Of a stretch of 64,000 nt of DNA, positions 11,474-22,522 are shown in pieces. A model generated the notes under the pieces. The model saw only the letters and a list, made by a program, of their open reading frames with translations. It did not search any database and was not told the origin of the DNA. Numbering within the stretch: the first letter of the stretch is position 1; each line of letters begins with the position of its first letter. The position numbers and the translations under genes were made by a program. The stretch comes from the human T2T-CHM13v2.0 reference genome, Homo sapiens, in assembly GCF_009914755.1 (NCBI RefSeq), contig NC_060925.1. One strand, written 5' to 3'.

Positions 11474-11925
11474 CGATATAGTTTGAATATTTGTCTCCTC
11501 CAAATCTCATGTTGAAATTTGATCCCCAATGTTGAAGGTGGGGCTTACTGGGAGGTGTTTGGGTCATGGGGGTAGAACTCTCACAAATTTCTTGGTGCCA
11601 TTCTCATGGGAGTAAGATCTCACTCTTAATTCCTATTATAATACATCTGGCTGTTAATAAGATCCTAGCACCTTCCTCTCTCACTCTCCTCCTTCCCCTC
11701 CCTCTTTTCCCCTCCCTCACTCACTCCTTCTCTTGCCATGTGACACATCTGCTTCCCCTTTCCCTTCTACAGTGATTGGAAGCCTCCTGAGTTCCTTACC
11801 AGAAGCAGATGCCAGTGCCATGCTTCTTGTACAGCCTGCAGAACTGTGAGCCAAATAAACTTCTTTTCTTTATAAATTACCCAGCCTCAGGTATTCCTTT
11901 ATAGTCATGCAAATGGACTAAGACA
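11474..11925 (+). mobile_element. MSTB-type MaLR solo LTR
   Basis: gatatagtttgaatatttgtc...ccaaatctcatgttgaaatttgatcccc...cagaagcagatgccagtgccatgcttcttgtacagcctgcagaactgtgagccaaataaa...ggactaagaca. Confidence 0.9.
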
Positions 11926-11942
11926 CTCCCATACAGAGGTCT

Positions 11943-12485
11943 TGTCACTGGTAGGCTGAATTCTTTCCCTGTTCTGTATTGGTTGCAAAAAAAGAACACC
12001 CAATTAGAACAAAAAACAAGCAGGCTTTATTTCTGGCCAGAAACGAAGAAGAAGTGAGCTTACACTCTAAAGGCCACTTACCCCTGAACAATAGAAGGCA
12101 TGAGGTTTTTTTGGACTGCGTATGGGGAGGGAAAGGAATGTTAGCATGTGCAGGGTGGGACCCCAGACATGCAGGCTCAATTCATAAACATACATCTTCA
12201 TGCAGCCAGTGTACATAGAATGGCAGAGATTTTCTTTTTGGAGAGGGAATTCTAGCATTAAAATAAAATGTTAATAATCTAAAGACAACTAGGGGTCATC
12301 TGTTCCAGTTAGGGCCTGTTTAGGGGTCTTATCTCCCTCTTATATCTCATCAAGGGTCAGGAAGCTCTGGGGCCATCCTTGGCTGTCTGGTTTCTTTAAA
12401 CAGCTGTGTCTACAAATAAATGACTAAAAAATAATAGTAAGAAAAAGAATGTTCACAGCTATTTCATCAGGCTGCTCTGGTAACA
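11943..12485 (-). mobile_element. ERV1-class solo LTR (MER31/MER67-like; family uncertain)
   Basis: TG...CA termini with exact 4-bp TSD gtct (11939-11942 and 12486-12489); AATAAA on the minus strand near 12026. Confidence 0.75.
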
Positions 12486-12809
12486 GTCTCAAAGATACCC
12501 ATAAGACTAGGTGAACCATCTATCTTGCTATCCTAAAATGATCCTTTCATTTATATCATGTCCAGTGGCACTCACAGATATTCCAGATTTATAGTCATGT
12601 TTATGTGACAGTAAGTGATATGGAATGAGGCATCTGAGTAAAGACCACACCTTCACTAAGGCGTAAAATATTTGGTTGATTTTGGAATAACTGGGAAAGT
12701 ACTTACTGAAATCCCCACAAAAAGTTTAATACTATGCGTAACTGAAATATAGTAAGCAGTTTTTACCAGAGGCAACTTAGCAGACGTTAACAGTCTACGC
12801 TAAGGCAGC

Positions 12810-13000
12810 CAAACTTGGGTTTTGGTTTGAAACCTGGCTGTGTGACCTTGGCAATTCTTAATTCTGCTAAGTTTATATGGTCTCATATGTAAAACTGGGG
12901 TGATAATAAACACTAAGAGAATAAAGCAATACTATGACAGTTGGAGGTGTTTGAAATAGTCCCAGTCACATAATAAATGCTCAATAAATATTGGCTATTA
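12810..13000 (+). mobile_element. MIR
   Basis: ggctgtgtgaccttggcaa...ctcatatgtaaaactggggtgataataa...aaatgctcaataaatattggctatta. Confidence 0.75.
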
Positions 13001-13479
13001 GTATAGTTGACTGATTTTAAGACTTTTGGATATGAATCTTAAATATCAATTCTCACTGCATATTAGCAATTATAATTAGTAGCAATAATAATAAATTACT
13101 AAAATAACAAAAGTTGCTCCTCTCTTTCCTGATCATCTTTTTCTCTCTACTGGAATGCTCCCTTCAGCATCAAGTCAGCTATAATATGCTTCATCTTAAA
13201 AAGCAACCCTCTTGTGCATGCTTTCCCCTAGCTATCATCCAATATTTATCCTTTCCATTAAAACAAAAATCTTCAAAATTCTGTTTATCTTGTTTATACT
13301 TACCATTTCCACTTCCTCTCCTCCATTTTTTCTTGAAACACACTGATGAGATTTTCCTTCCAATACCTCTTTGAAAACTGCTTTTGCCAAGATCACCAAT
13401 CACTCCCTCATTGCCAGATCCAGTCCTCATCTTACTTGTCCTATCAGCAACATTTGATACAGTTGATCACCCCTTTCCT

Positions 13480-13600
13480 TTTTTCTTTTCCTTTTTTTTT
13501 TTTTTTTTCAGGCTGGCCTCTAACTCTTGTGCTCAAGCAATCTTCCTGCCTCAGCCTCCCAAGTGGCTGGGACCATAGTCACACACCACTTCTCCCAGCC
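13480..13600 (-). mobile_element. Alu monomer fragment (FLAM-like)
   Basis: Poly-T then caggctggcctctaactcttgtgctcaagcaatcttcctgcctcagcctcccaag...cccagcc. Confidence 0.75.
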
Positions 13601-13612
13601 TTTTCCCTTTAC

Positions 13613-14466
13613 TGTGCCATAATAAGAAATAAAAGAAATAAATGTTTGTTCTTTGTCTCTTTTTCCTGAGAACAAGTTCCTAAAACCCTTGTGATATCCT
13701 AGTGACAGGGTAATAGGAGTTTCTTTTCTAATATTTGGTCTTTGTTCCGGTTCCTGACATAAGCTCCTATATCCCCTGGAATTTTCTGAGTGATAGGAGC
13801 AACTTTTGTTGTAATCTGGTGATTCTTGTTAGGCTCTTAGGTAGTTTTGGAATGAGTGCTAGCCACCAGAAAGACCAAGACATGATTAGAGGGTTGGACC
13901 TTTCTGCTTCCTCCCCTCTAACCTCAGGGGAGGAAAGGAGGGCTGAAGACTGAGTCAGTCACTAATAGTCAAGGATTAAATCACTCAGGGCTGTGTAATG
14001 AAGCCTCCATAGAACTCTTAAATGCTGGGAGTCACAAAGCTTCTGGGTCCATAAACACATCAAGGTGCTGGGAGGATGATGAGCCAGGAGAGAGTATGGA
14101 AGTCCCAGGCAATTTCCCCATTCATCCATCTCCTCTGCTTGGCTGTCCCTGAGCTGTATCTTTATAATAAACCAGTAAGCATACATAAAGAGTGTTCTTG
14201 AGTTCCGTGAGCCATTCTAGCAAATTACTGAACCTGAGGAGAGGGTCTTTGACCTCCCAATTTGTAGGTGGTTGGTCAGAAGTACAGGAGGCTGGGATTG
14301 GTGACTAGCATCTGAAGTGGGGGAGGTTGTCTTGCGGCACTGAGTATTTAACGTCTGGGGTGGCAGAATTGAACTGAATCATTGAACACCCTGTTGGCAT
14401 TAGAGAGCTGGTTAGTGAGAGGAAACACCCACATATTTGGTGTCAGAAATGCTGTGAGTGAAAACA
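13613..14466 (+). mobile_element. MER21 (MER21C/B-like) LTR
   Basis: tgtgccataataagaaat start; ccaccagaaagaccaagacatgattagagggttgg; aataaaccagtaa; tttggtgtcagaa near the end. Confidence 0.85.
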
Positions 14467-15554
14467 ATTCCCTGTGAATATGACAGCAGTCTCTTAGTCC
14501 TTTTCAGTCTTCTCTATTGGTTCCTACTCATCTTCCGGAGCTCTTTTACTTGAATGCCCCAAGTCCAGATCCCTTTGTCCTTTAGCTGAACTCACTCTCT
14601 AGGTGATCTCATCCAGTTCCATACTTTACATACCATATACAGACTAACAGATCTTTATATATCTCTAATCCCAACTTTTCCCTTAAATCCCAGATTTGTT
14701 TATCCAACTAGATGTCTCCTTTTGGATGCCTACTAAGCATCTCAAATACAACATGGCTATAACAACCTGAACATCTGTTTTTCTGTTTCTACTTCCACCG
14801 CCATCCCCACCTCCACTCTTCCTTAACTCCATAAATGGCAACTCCATTTTCAGTTGCTCAGGTCAAAAATTTCTTTGACGCTCTCCCCCACCAATTCCCG
14901 CCACATCCAGTCCATAAGCAAGTCCTATTCATTCTACTTCAATCTGGTTTCAGTCTAGTAATTTATCCTACAATCTAGTAAGCAGCCAGAGTACCCTTCA
15001 TTTTAAAATTTACATCAGATAGTGTCATGCCTCTGCTTAAAAATCCTATAATAGCTTCCCATCTGATTCAGAATAAAATCCTAGTACTTCCCGCTAGGTT
15101 ACTCCACTCTAACCAGACAGATATCCTTCATGTTCCTTGAATACTCCAAGGCTTTGCACTTATTTGCCCTTTCTGCTTGGAGCATTCTTTCTACTTATTT
15201 CTATGTAACTTTCTTGCTTACTTTATTTAGGTGTTTGTTCAAATGTCACTTTGTCAGGGAAACCTTGAAATAGTCATCTCATCTTCATCAATATCTATTC
15301 CCTATGCTACTTCATTTTTCTTCAGTCACTTTTTATTTCTTTGGAGTTATTTGTGTTCCTCATTATACTATAAATTTCATGAGTATGTGGATTATGTCAT
15401 TTTTTTTAATTATCCACTGCTGTAGCCTAAATGCCTAGAAGAGTACATGGCACACAGCATAAGCATCTAAAGTATTTATTGAATTAATAAATCATTTCTT
15501 AAGCTCCTACTATACACTCATTGTCTTAGTCAATCCTTACAACCACCAGAGTTA

Positions 15555-15750
15555 AGTGCTTGGACATTAGTGTCAGAATAACATGAGTCTGATGCTAACA
15601 CTTTTACTGGTTGTAAGTTAGGCAAGTCACTTACATTCTCTAAACTTGTTTCCTCATCTGTATAACAGGAAATAATATATATTTTATGGCATTATTTTGA
15701 AGATTAAAAGGGCTAATGCATGAAAAGCTTTGAATAATACCTAAAAGTAT
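15555..15750 (+). mobile_element. MIR
   Basis: ttaggcaagtcacttacattctctaaacttgtttcctcatctgtataacagg. Confidence 0.75.
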
Positions 15751-16213
15751 CTGAGTATGAATATAGATAAGAAAATTAAGAATCAGAAAGGTTAAACAAC
15801 CCAAAGTCAGACAGGGGTTATAAAAACAGGAGATTAAGCTAGATAACAAATATAGAGTTCTAAAGCTCAAAAACTTGTGTTTGATTATTCTCAAAGCTAC
15901 ATCAAGACAAGCAGCTTTTTTCCATCATTTGTTTCTATACCTAAAAAGCAGAGTGCATCCTTTGTTTTCAAGTTTTATGAGTGCCTGTGTAGGTGTCCTG
16001 TTTTCTGGAATGGGTACTATTACTTTTCTATTTTCATTTACGCACACAACAAACATATGACTAGGAACTTATAGTTTACTTAGGAACATAAGCCATGAGC
16101 TTTGGTGGCAAGAAAGAAGAACTAAGAGAGTGCTAAAGAAATTCAGACAAGAGTGTCATATCTTTATTTCTGTGTAGGTGAGAACATTCTCCTATTCCTT
16201 TCCCCAATCCTAC

Positions 16214-16244
16214 CTCATATGGCAGTTTCTTTGTAAAGCCCTTG
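16214..16244 (-). CDS. Candidate 31-nt exon (B)
   Basis: Minus strand: tctcacgtatttgtgtttccatag|CAAGGGCTTTACAAAGAAACTGCCATATGAG|gtagga; branch-like ctcac and pyrimidine tract; in a ~1.5-kb repeat-free island. Confidence 0.35.
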
Positions 16245-17597
16245 CTATGGAAACACAAATACGTGAGAATGACCCACATACATTAACTTTTCTCCTATGT
16301 TAAGCATTCCTGCTTACATTTCTAACTTCAATTTTTCAAAACAAAAATGCATAGATAATCTATGGGGGATAAACCATTGTAGTTACTATTCATCTCATGT
16401 GGTTTGCACACTCTTAAGTGGTGCCTCTGGGTACACCATGAAAAGAGCTTTAATTAAGAGCAAACATACTTGGGTTTTACTTATCTTGGGTCCAATAATC
16501 AGACTGGAGTTCATGAAGCGGGGAAAAAGCAGACACTTTTCCAAAGCTTTTGTCTACTTCTGCAGTTATAAAAAACAAAGCCACATATATTGTGTAAGAC
16601 TATTTACAACCTCTGGAGAGAACTAATATGCAGCATTAGTGTGCATGGATATTGTCATGTGTTAAAAGAAACACACTTGCGGTGGGCTTGTAACTACAGA
16701 ATTTTGGGGTTGAATTTCAGGATTTATTGGGTAAGGGAGTGATTTATAGGGATATTGATATTTTAGCATTTTCTGTTCAACATGGGAATTAGGGGATTAT
16801 CCTATCCCAGGAAAAATGAAGGCAAAAGCTGTATGTCCCAACTTTAATTTTTAATAACGGTAAATTTGCAGGGTTGTCAAGAATTGGATGGTCCATTTGC
16901 CAAATCTCTGTTTTACATATGTACTTTTTTTTACCATATTATTCCTTTCAAAAGGATGTGTTGCCAAGAGTCATTCCTGTCATGGTGTTTAGTGCCAGCG
17001 CTGACCAAATAAGAAGCTGTTCATTGTTAGAAAGAACTAGTTTCAGAGGCACAGATGCTATATTAGTGTTGGAAACATTCCTGTTTGGAAGTCTTTGTGT
17101 TTCACACTGAATAAAATTGTATTATATTTACCACTGCTTCACCCAGAAACCCCTCCTCTTTTTATTTATGGTAACTTCAATGTGTTTTTTTTAAACTACA
17201 ACTGGACTGCAAATATAAAAAATACATTAGTTATAAGGAGGGTTGTGACAATGAGACAAAATCCTTGCCTTTACTGCTTTCACTCAAAGGCCTGGAACTC
17301 TTGTTTATGATTCTATTTCATAAAGTTAAGCCCCTGGGCAAACGTCTCTAAGCCTCAGCATCCACATTGGAAAATTAGGAATTATATCTACCACCAAAAA
17401 ATGTTGTCAGGATTTAAAGCTATAACCCTCATATACCATTTAGCACATACAGCAAAGGCAAAATAAACACCCTGTAAATGCTAAGTTGAAGGGGAGTAGA
17501 GTGCTAGTTTCAATGCTGTTCTTCCCTTTATAAACTGTGCTACTTTGGCCACTTAATTTTTCAGTTTCCTTCTCTTTAAATTGAAATGATATATTAC

Positions 17598-17979
17598 TGA
17601 TATGGTTTGGAGCTGTGTCCCCACCCAAATCTCATGTTCAATTGTAATCCCCAGTGTTGGAAGTGGGGCCTGGTGGGAAGTAATTAGATCATGGGAGCAG
17701 TTTCTCCTGAATGGATTAGCCTCATCCGCTCAGTGCTGTTCTCCTGATAGTGAGTGAATGAGTTATCGTGAGATCTGGGTGTTTAAAAGTGTATAGCACC
17801 TCCTACTTCTCTCTCTTCCTCCTGCCCTGGCCATGTAAAGGCACTGCTTCCCCTTCAACTCCACCATGATAGTAAGTTTCCTGAGGCCTGGAGAACTGTG
17901 AGGCAATGAAACCTCCTTTCTTTATAAATTACCCAATCTCAGGTATTTCTTTATAGCGATTCAAGGATGGGCTAATACA
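17598..17979 (+). mobile_element. MSTA MaLR solo LTR inserted in a MIR (about 17490-18080)
   Basis: tgatatggtttgg...ggctaataca with exact 5-bp TSD attac; MIR halves on both sides. Confidence 0.92.
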
Positions 17980-18950
17980 ATTACCAACATAGATGTGTGA
18001 TAATTAAATGTGATAAGCATCTAAAGTGCTTACCACAGTGCCTGACACATTGTAAATGTTCTATACATTTGGCCATTATTTCTAATTTATTACTTCTTGA
18101 ATGCTTTAAAAATAACATATTTCAGCATATTTCAGCAAATCATCTATGAAATAAATTTATTTTCCATAAAAATGTAGATTGGCATTGGACCTGCTATAAC
18201 TAAGAATTTATTATAGGCAATCATAAGTCTTAAAGTAGATAAGGTATATCCCTGAACTGATTAGATTATTTAAAAATCTTTCAGTCTGGATACCTCAATC
18301 CTAGCATGGATATATTCAGGCACTGCTGATTCAGATCCTGTTGAGAAACCTGTAGGCTCTCTGAGTTATATATGCCCCTGGAACAGGCTAGACATGCAAA
18401 GTATAAGGAGCTGTTGTCTTGCCCTCTTTGGGCTCTGCCCCATCTAGTCCAACCTCCTGAACCAGTTTCTCTGACTCCTTGATCAACACCTCTGTGGATC
18501 CCAACTTTCATGTCTCCTTCTGTTAGAGCTAGGCTTTGGGCTTTTAGTTCCTCTGGAATCCAGTTATCCTATCTTGTAGTCATTGTTGGTGTTCCTATAT
18601 CCAGTTAACTCTGAATAAAAAATTAAAGATATGCACATACAAAAACCATCATTAACGCAAATACACGGAAGATACACCCACCCAGAAGATCTGATGCATG
18701 CAGTCAATGCAGTTGGAGAGAAGCCACTATGAAGATGAAGTCAGGATCACAAAACTTTCAGCACCAAAAGGGTTTCTGGTTGTTCACATGTTCACTAAAG
18801 AATATGGCATTCTGAAAGCCAAAAAAAATCTACTTTGTGATAGATTGGTGTATGAGAGCAATGCAGAAATATTTAAGTCCTAAAAATAGAGGCACTTGAT
18901 TCACTAATTCATTATTTCTGCAAACATGTGGAGAAGTAAGAAGAATGGCT

Positions 18951-19262
<312 letters not shown>

Positions 19263-19264
19263 CT

Positions 19265-19430
19265 AATGTTTATTGAACATTTTCTATGTGTCAGACATAA
19301 TTCTAAGCACTAAGAAATAACTATCATAGGAAAATAATGCTCTTAATGTCTCTAGTTCACTAAGTAAACTGAGATGCAGACAGATTAAATAATTTACCCA
19401 AAATCACATGCCTAGCACATGACAAAACCA
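19265..19430 (-). mobile_element. MIR
   Basis: aatgtttattgaacatt...aaactgagatgcagacagattaaataatttacccaaaatcaca. Confidence 0.65.
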
Positions 19431-19633
19431 GGTACTTTCCATGTACAAGGCACTTTGCCAGAGGGTGAGGATATAAAAATAACAAGATCTAGTCTTCGCC
19501 TTCAGGAAGATTAAACTCAAGTGAAAAGTCAGGCAAAAAGAGTAAGCTAATGAAGTAATTTCAAATAAGTACTATAAAAGGCATATAAAATGAGACGAAG
19601 AATTCTGAAGAAACTACTTTCAGTAAGGTGGTT

Positions 19634-20001
19634 ATTATGAGCTAAATTGTGTCCCCTAAAATCCTTACATTGGACACCTAGTACCTCAGAATATGACTGT
19701 ATTGCCAAAAGGGCCTTTAAAGAGTTATCTAAACTGAGGTCATATTAGTAGGGCCCTAATCTAATAACTGATGTACTTATAAGAAGAGGAGAATAGAACA
19801 CAGACATAGGAAGAACCATATTAAGTATCTGAAGAAGATGACTATCTACAGGCCAAGGAGAGAGGACTTCAAAAGAAACCAAGCCTACCAACACCTTGAT
19901 CTCAGACTTCTAGACTCTACAACTGTGAGAAAATAAATTACTGTTGTTTAAGCCACCCAGTCTGAGGTACTTTGTCATAGCAGCCCTAGCAAACTAACAC
20001 A
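19634..20001 (+). mobile_element. MLT1B MaLR LTR within a minus-strand L2 fragment (about 19440-20120)
   Basis: aattgtgtcccc...tagtacctcagaatatgactgtatt...agggccctaatcta...ctgttgtttaagccacccagtctg...gcagccctagcaaactaacaca. Confidence 0.85.
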
Positions 20002-20169
20002 ACAGTCAAGGGAGGCTTCTCTCTAAAGTGAGGACATTTAAAGTTAGGACTTGCAGAATAAAAATAGTAGAAGAGAGATCCAGGCAGAGAGAAAAGCAAG
20101 AGCAGAGCCCTTGAGGTGAGAATTAAAGGATTTATGCATTCTTCTGGTTTCAGGAGTCATCATAGCCCC

Positions 20170-20400
20170 TTCACTGAGTGATTACTGACAAAACACTTTA
20201 CAATTTGGAAAGTATTTTACAGGTTTATTCTCAATTATCATAAGAGCCACATGAGAGGGGTATTAATAGCTTCATTTCACAGATAGGAACAAAGGCATCA
20301 GAGATATTAAGTGACTAGTCTAATATCACACAGTAACACAAGAGCCAGAACTTGCATCTAGTTCCCCTGATATCAGAGCCAACATTCTTTTAATTATACC
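20170..20400 (-). mobile_element. MIR
   Basis: catttcacagataggaacaaaggc...ttaagtgactagtctaatatcacacag...agagccagaac. Confidence 0.6.
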
Positions 20401-21214
20401 AAACTTTCCTCCTAACTAAGAACATTCCAATGTTTCATAAAGGGCTGTAGGAATCTTATGTTATCATAAGAATTTTATAAGGAAAATATTGTGTCATTAG
20501 ATTAAACCTTATATCATAAGGAATCTTATGGCCATATCTATGTACGGAAAGTCAGAAAGAGTTGAGAAATTATAATCAGGGTAGAGAGGTCTTCTGGACA
20601 GCTCAGCTTTTCATTTCTTCATATGCTTCATCTCCCTACTCCTATACTCTCCTCTTTTAGTCCATTGTAATGATGGTGTTATGGGTTATACTGGGTATTT
20701 TTTAAATTTGTTTTCATGAATAAGATATTTTAATTGCTTTAATTCCCCCTCCATTTTAACTGGATAGGCCCATCCATAACCTAGAAACCCAAGAATTCTC
20801 TTCAAAATGGCTTTGATTTAACTATAGCCTTTGCAAAATGGAACCTCAACAACTACCTCCAGTGCTTGCCAGCAGGGCATGAGGAAGTAATGCAGGCAAG
20901 GGAGATTTCCATATAACACATGTGTTCTAAGTACAAAATTACAATAATTAGAGATGGCAAAGACTGAGCAGTTTATCTTCAGGAAGGTCAATGAAAGATT
21001 ATAAAATGTTTAGTCTAGGCCGGCTCCCATTCTTCTGAGGCCACATAAAGTGAACAAACCATATATGCCTTCTCTAGCAGACAATTATATTATCTAATCA
21101 AATGTAGTTTTAACATATTTGTACAATGTCATGACCCATAACCCTATCATATTTCACAATCAGTTTTTCCCTCTGAAGTATATGAAGATCTGAATGTATA
21201 AAAAGTCACTGATT

Positions 21215-21850
21215 ATCTATTAAGTTATTCAACATCTATTTTAAGAGTCTGTTATGGAGAAGCACATTATTAGCATTGTGACATTTATAAAAATAATTAA
21301 GAATAAGGCTAGCCCTCAAAAATGAATGTAAAGGTCTAACAGACAGATGTCATCTATAGCTATGCCTGTAATTCAAGGAAGAATTTGGTAAATTGTGGAG
21401 AAAGCATTGAGAAATGAAAGGGAGAATCCTCATCTAATCTCGACGTTTAGGGAGCCTTTTACAGAAGAGAAAGTGCTTAAACTGGGCTATGAAAGGTAGT
21501 TAGGATTTCAACTGGTAGGATTGCAACTGGTGGAAATGATAAAGGGCTGACTTTGAGATAAAGAGAAAAAGAAATGAGCAAAAGTAAGAAAAAGTGAAGC
21601 ATTTCTAGGGGACAATTTGATGAAAACTAACATGTCAGACTGGGAAGCAACTAACTCTTATTTTATAAACAATACAGAGCCACTGGAAGTGCTTAAATAG
21701 GCAATAGTCTAATGAATGCCTACCATATACAAGGCACCAAGATTGTCCTGCTACATATGAGTCTATATTTTAATTCCCACAATCCAAATACCTACAACAC
21801 TCAAAAATGAGGAAACTGAGGCTTAGGAAGATTAAATACAAAATGAGTAA
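21215..21850 (-). mobile_element. L2 3' fragment followed by a MIR fragment
   Basis: ttattcaacatctattttaagag at the L2 end; tgaggaaactgaggcttaggaagattaaat (MIR core) near 21810. Confidence 0.5.
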
Positions 21851-22522
21851 GGCTTTAACATCATTAGAATTATGGTCCAGGAGACATGTCTAGTAATCAT
21901 GTAGCAAGAACTCCCATTTATTATCAGAAACAAGGAAAAGAGGAAAAGATGATTTAGGATCAGGATAATGACATGCTACATTTTAAGTGAGTAAAAGGCA
22001 GCGAAGTGGAGTTTTCCAAATACTAATTTTAAAAGTAAGAATGGAATTCGTAAAAGAAGTCACAGCTAGATGTGAATTTGAAAGTCATATCTACAGAGGT
22101 GATACATTAAGTCATGGGAAATACAAGATTGCAGAGAGCAAATCAAGAGAAGATATACACAAATTGAAGAGGAAGATGAAGAGAATGAAGGAAGATGAGA
22201 GTAGAACAAACACCTTGAGAAAAGCAAAAAACTATGTGGAGAATGCTGCTCCAAAGCAGTAATGAAGTCCAGGTATCATTAAAGCAAGGATTAGTGGTGA
22301 AGTGAGAGAGAGGAATAGTGACTTTCTACAGGAATACTGATAGCCTATGAACATAAAAAAACAGGAAGTGAAAACAACTAGTCAAGGGGAAAAGAAAATA
22401 GAGAGTTGTTGAACCCATCATGGATTCCAGACTGAGAAGAAGGGCAAGTGGATTCTGCTTTTCCCATTGTCTCTGGCAATCCTTAGTGTGGCTGAATTGA
22501 TTGTTTTTAAAAAGCAAAGATA

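Larger units (their letters stand above)
13120..15490 (+). mobile_element. L2 (L2a-like) RT region through 3' end, interrupted by an Alu monomer and a MER21 LTR
   Basis: ORF 13384 contains LILLVLSATFDTVDH (RT motif LILLDLSAAFDTVDH); resumes near 14490; ends aagtatttattgaattaataaat. Confidence 0.8.

Noticed and set aside
14438-14452. tggtgtcagaa tRNA-Leu PBS-like motif implying a provirus
   Set aside because: Normal part of MER21 ends; L2 sequence, not ERV internal sequence, follows
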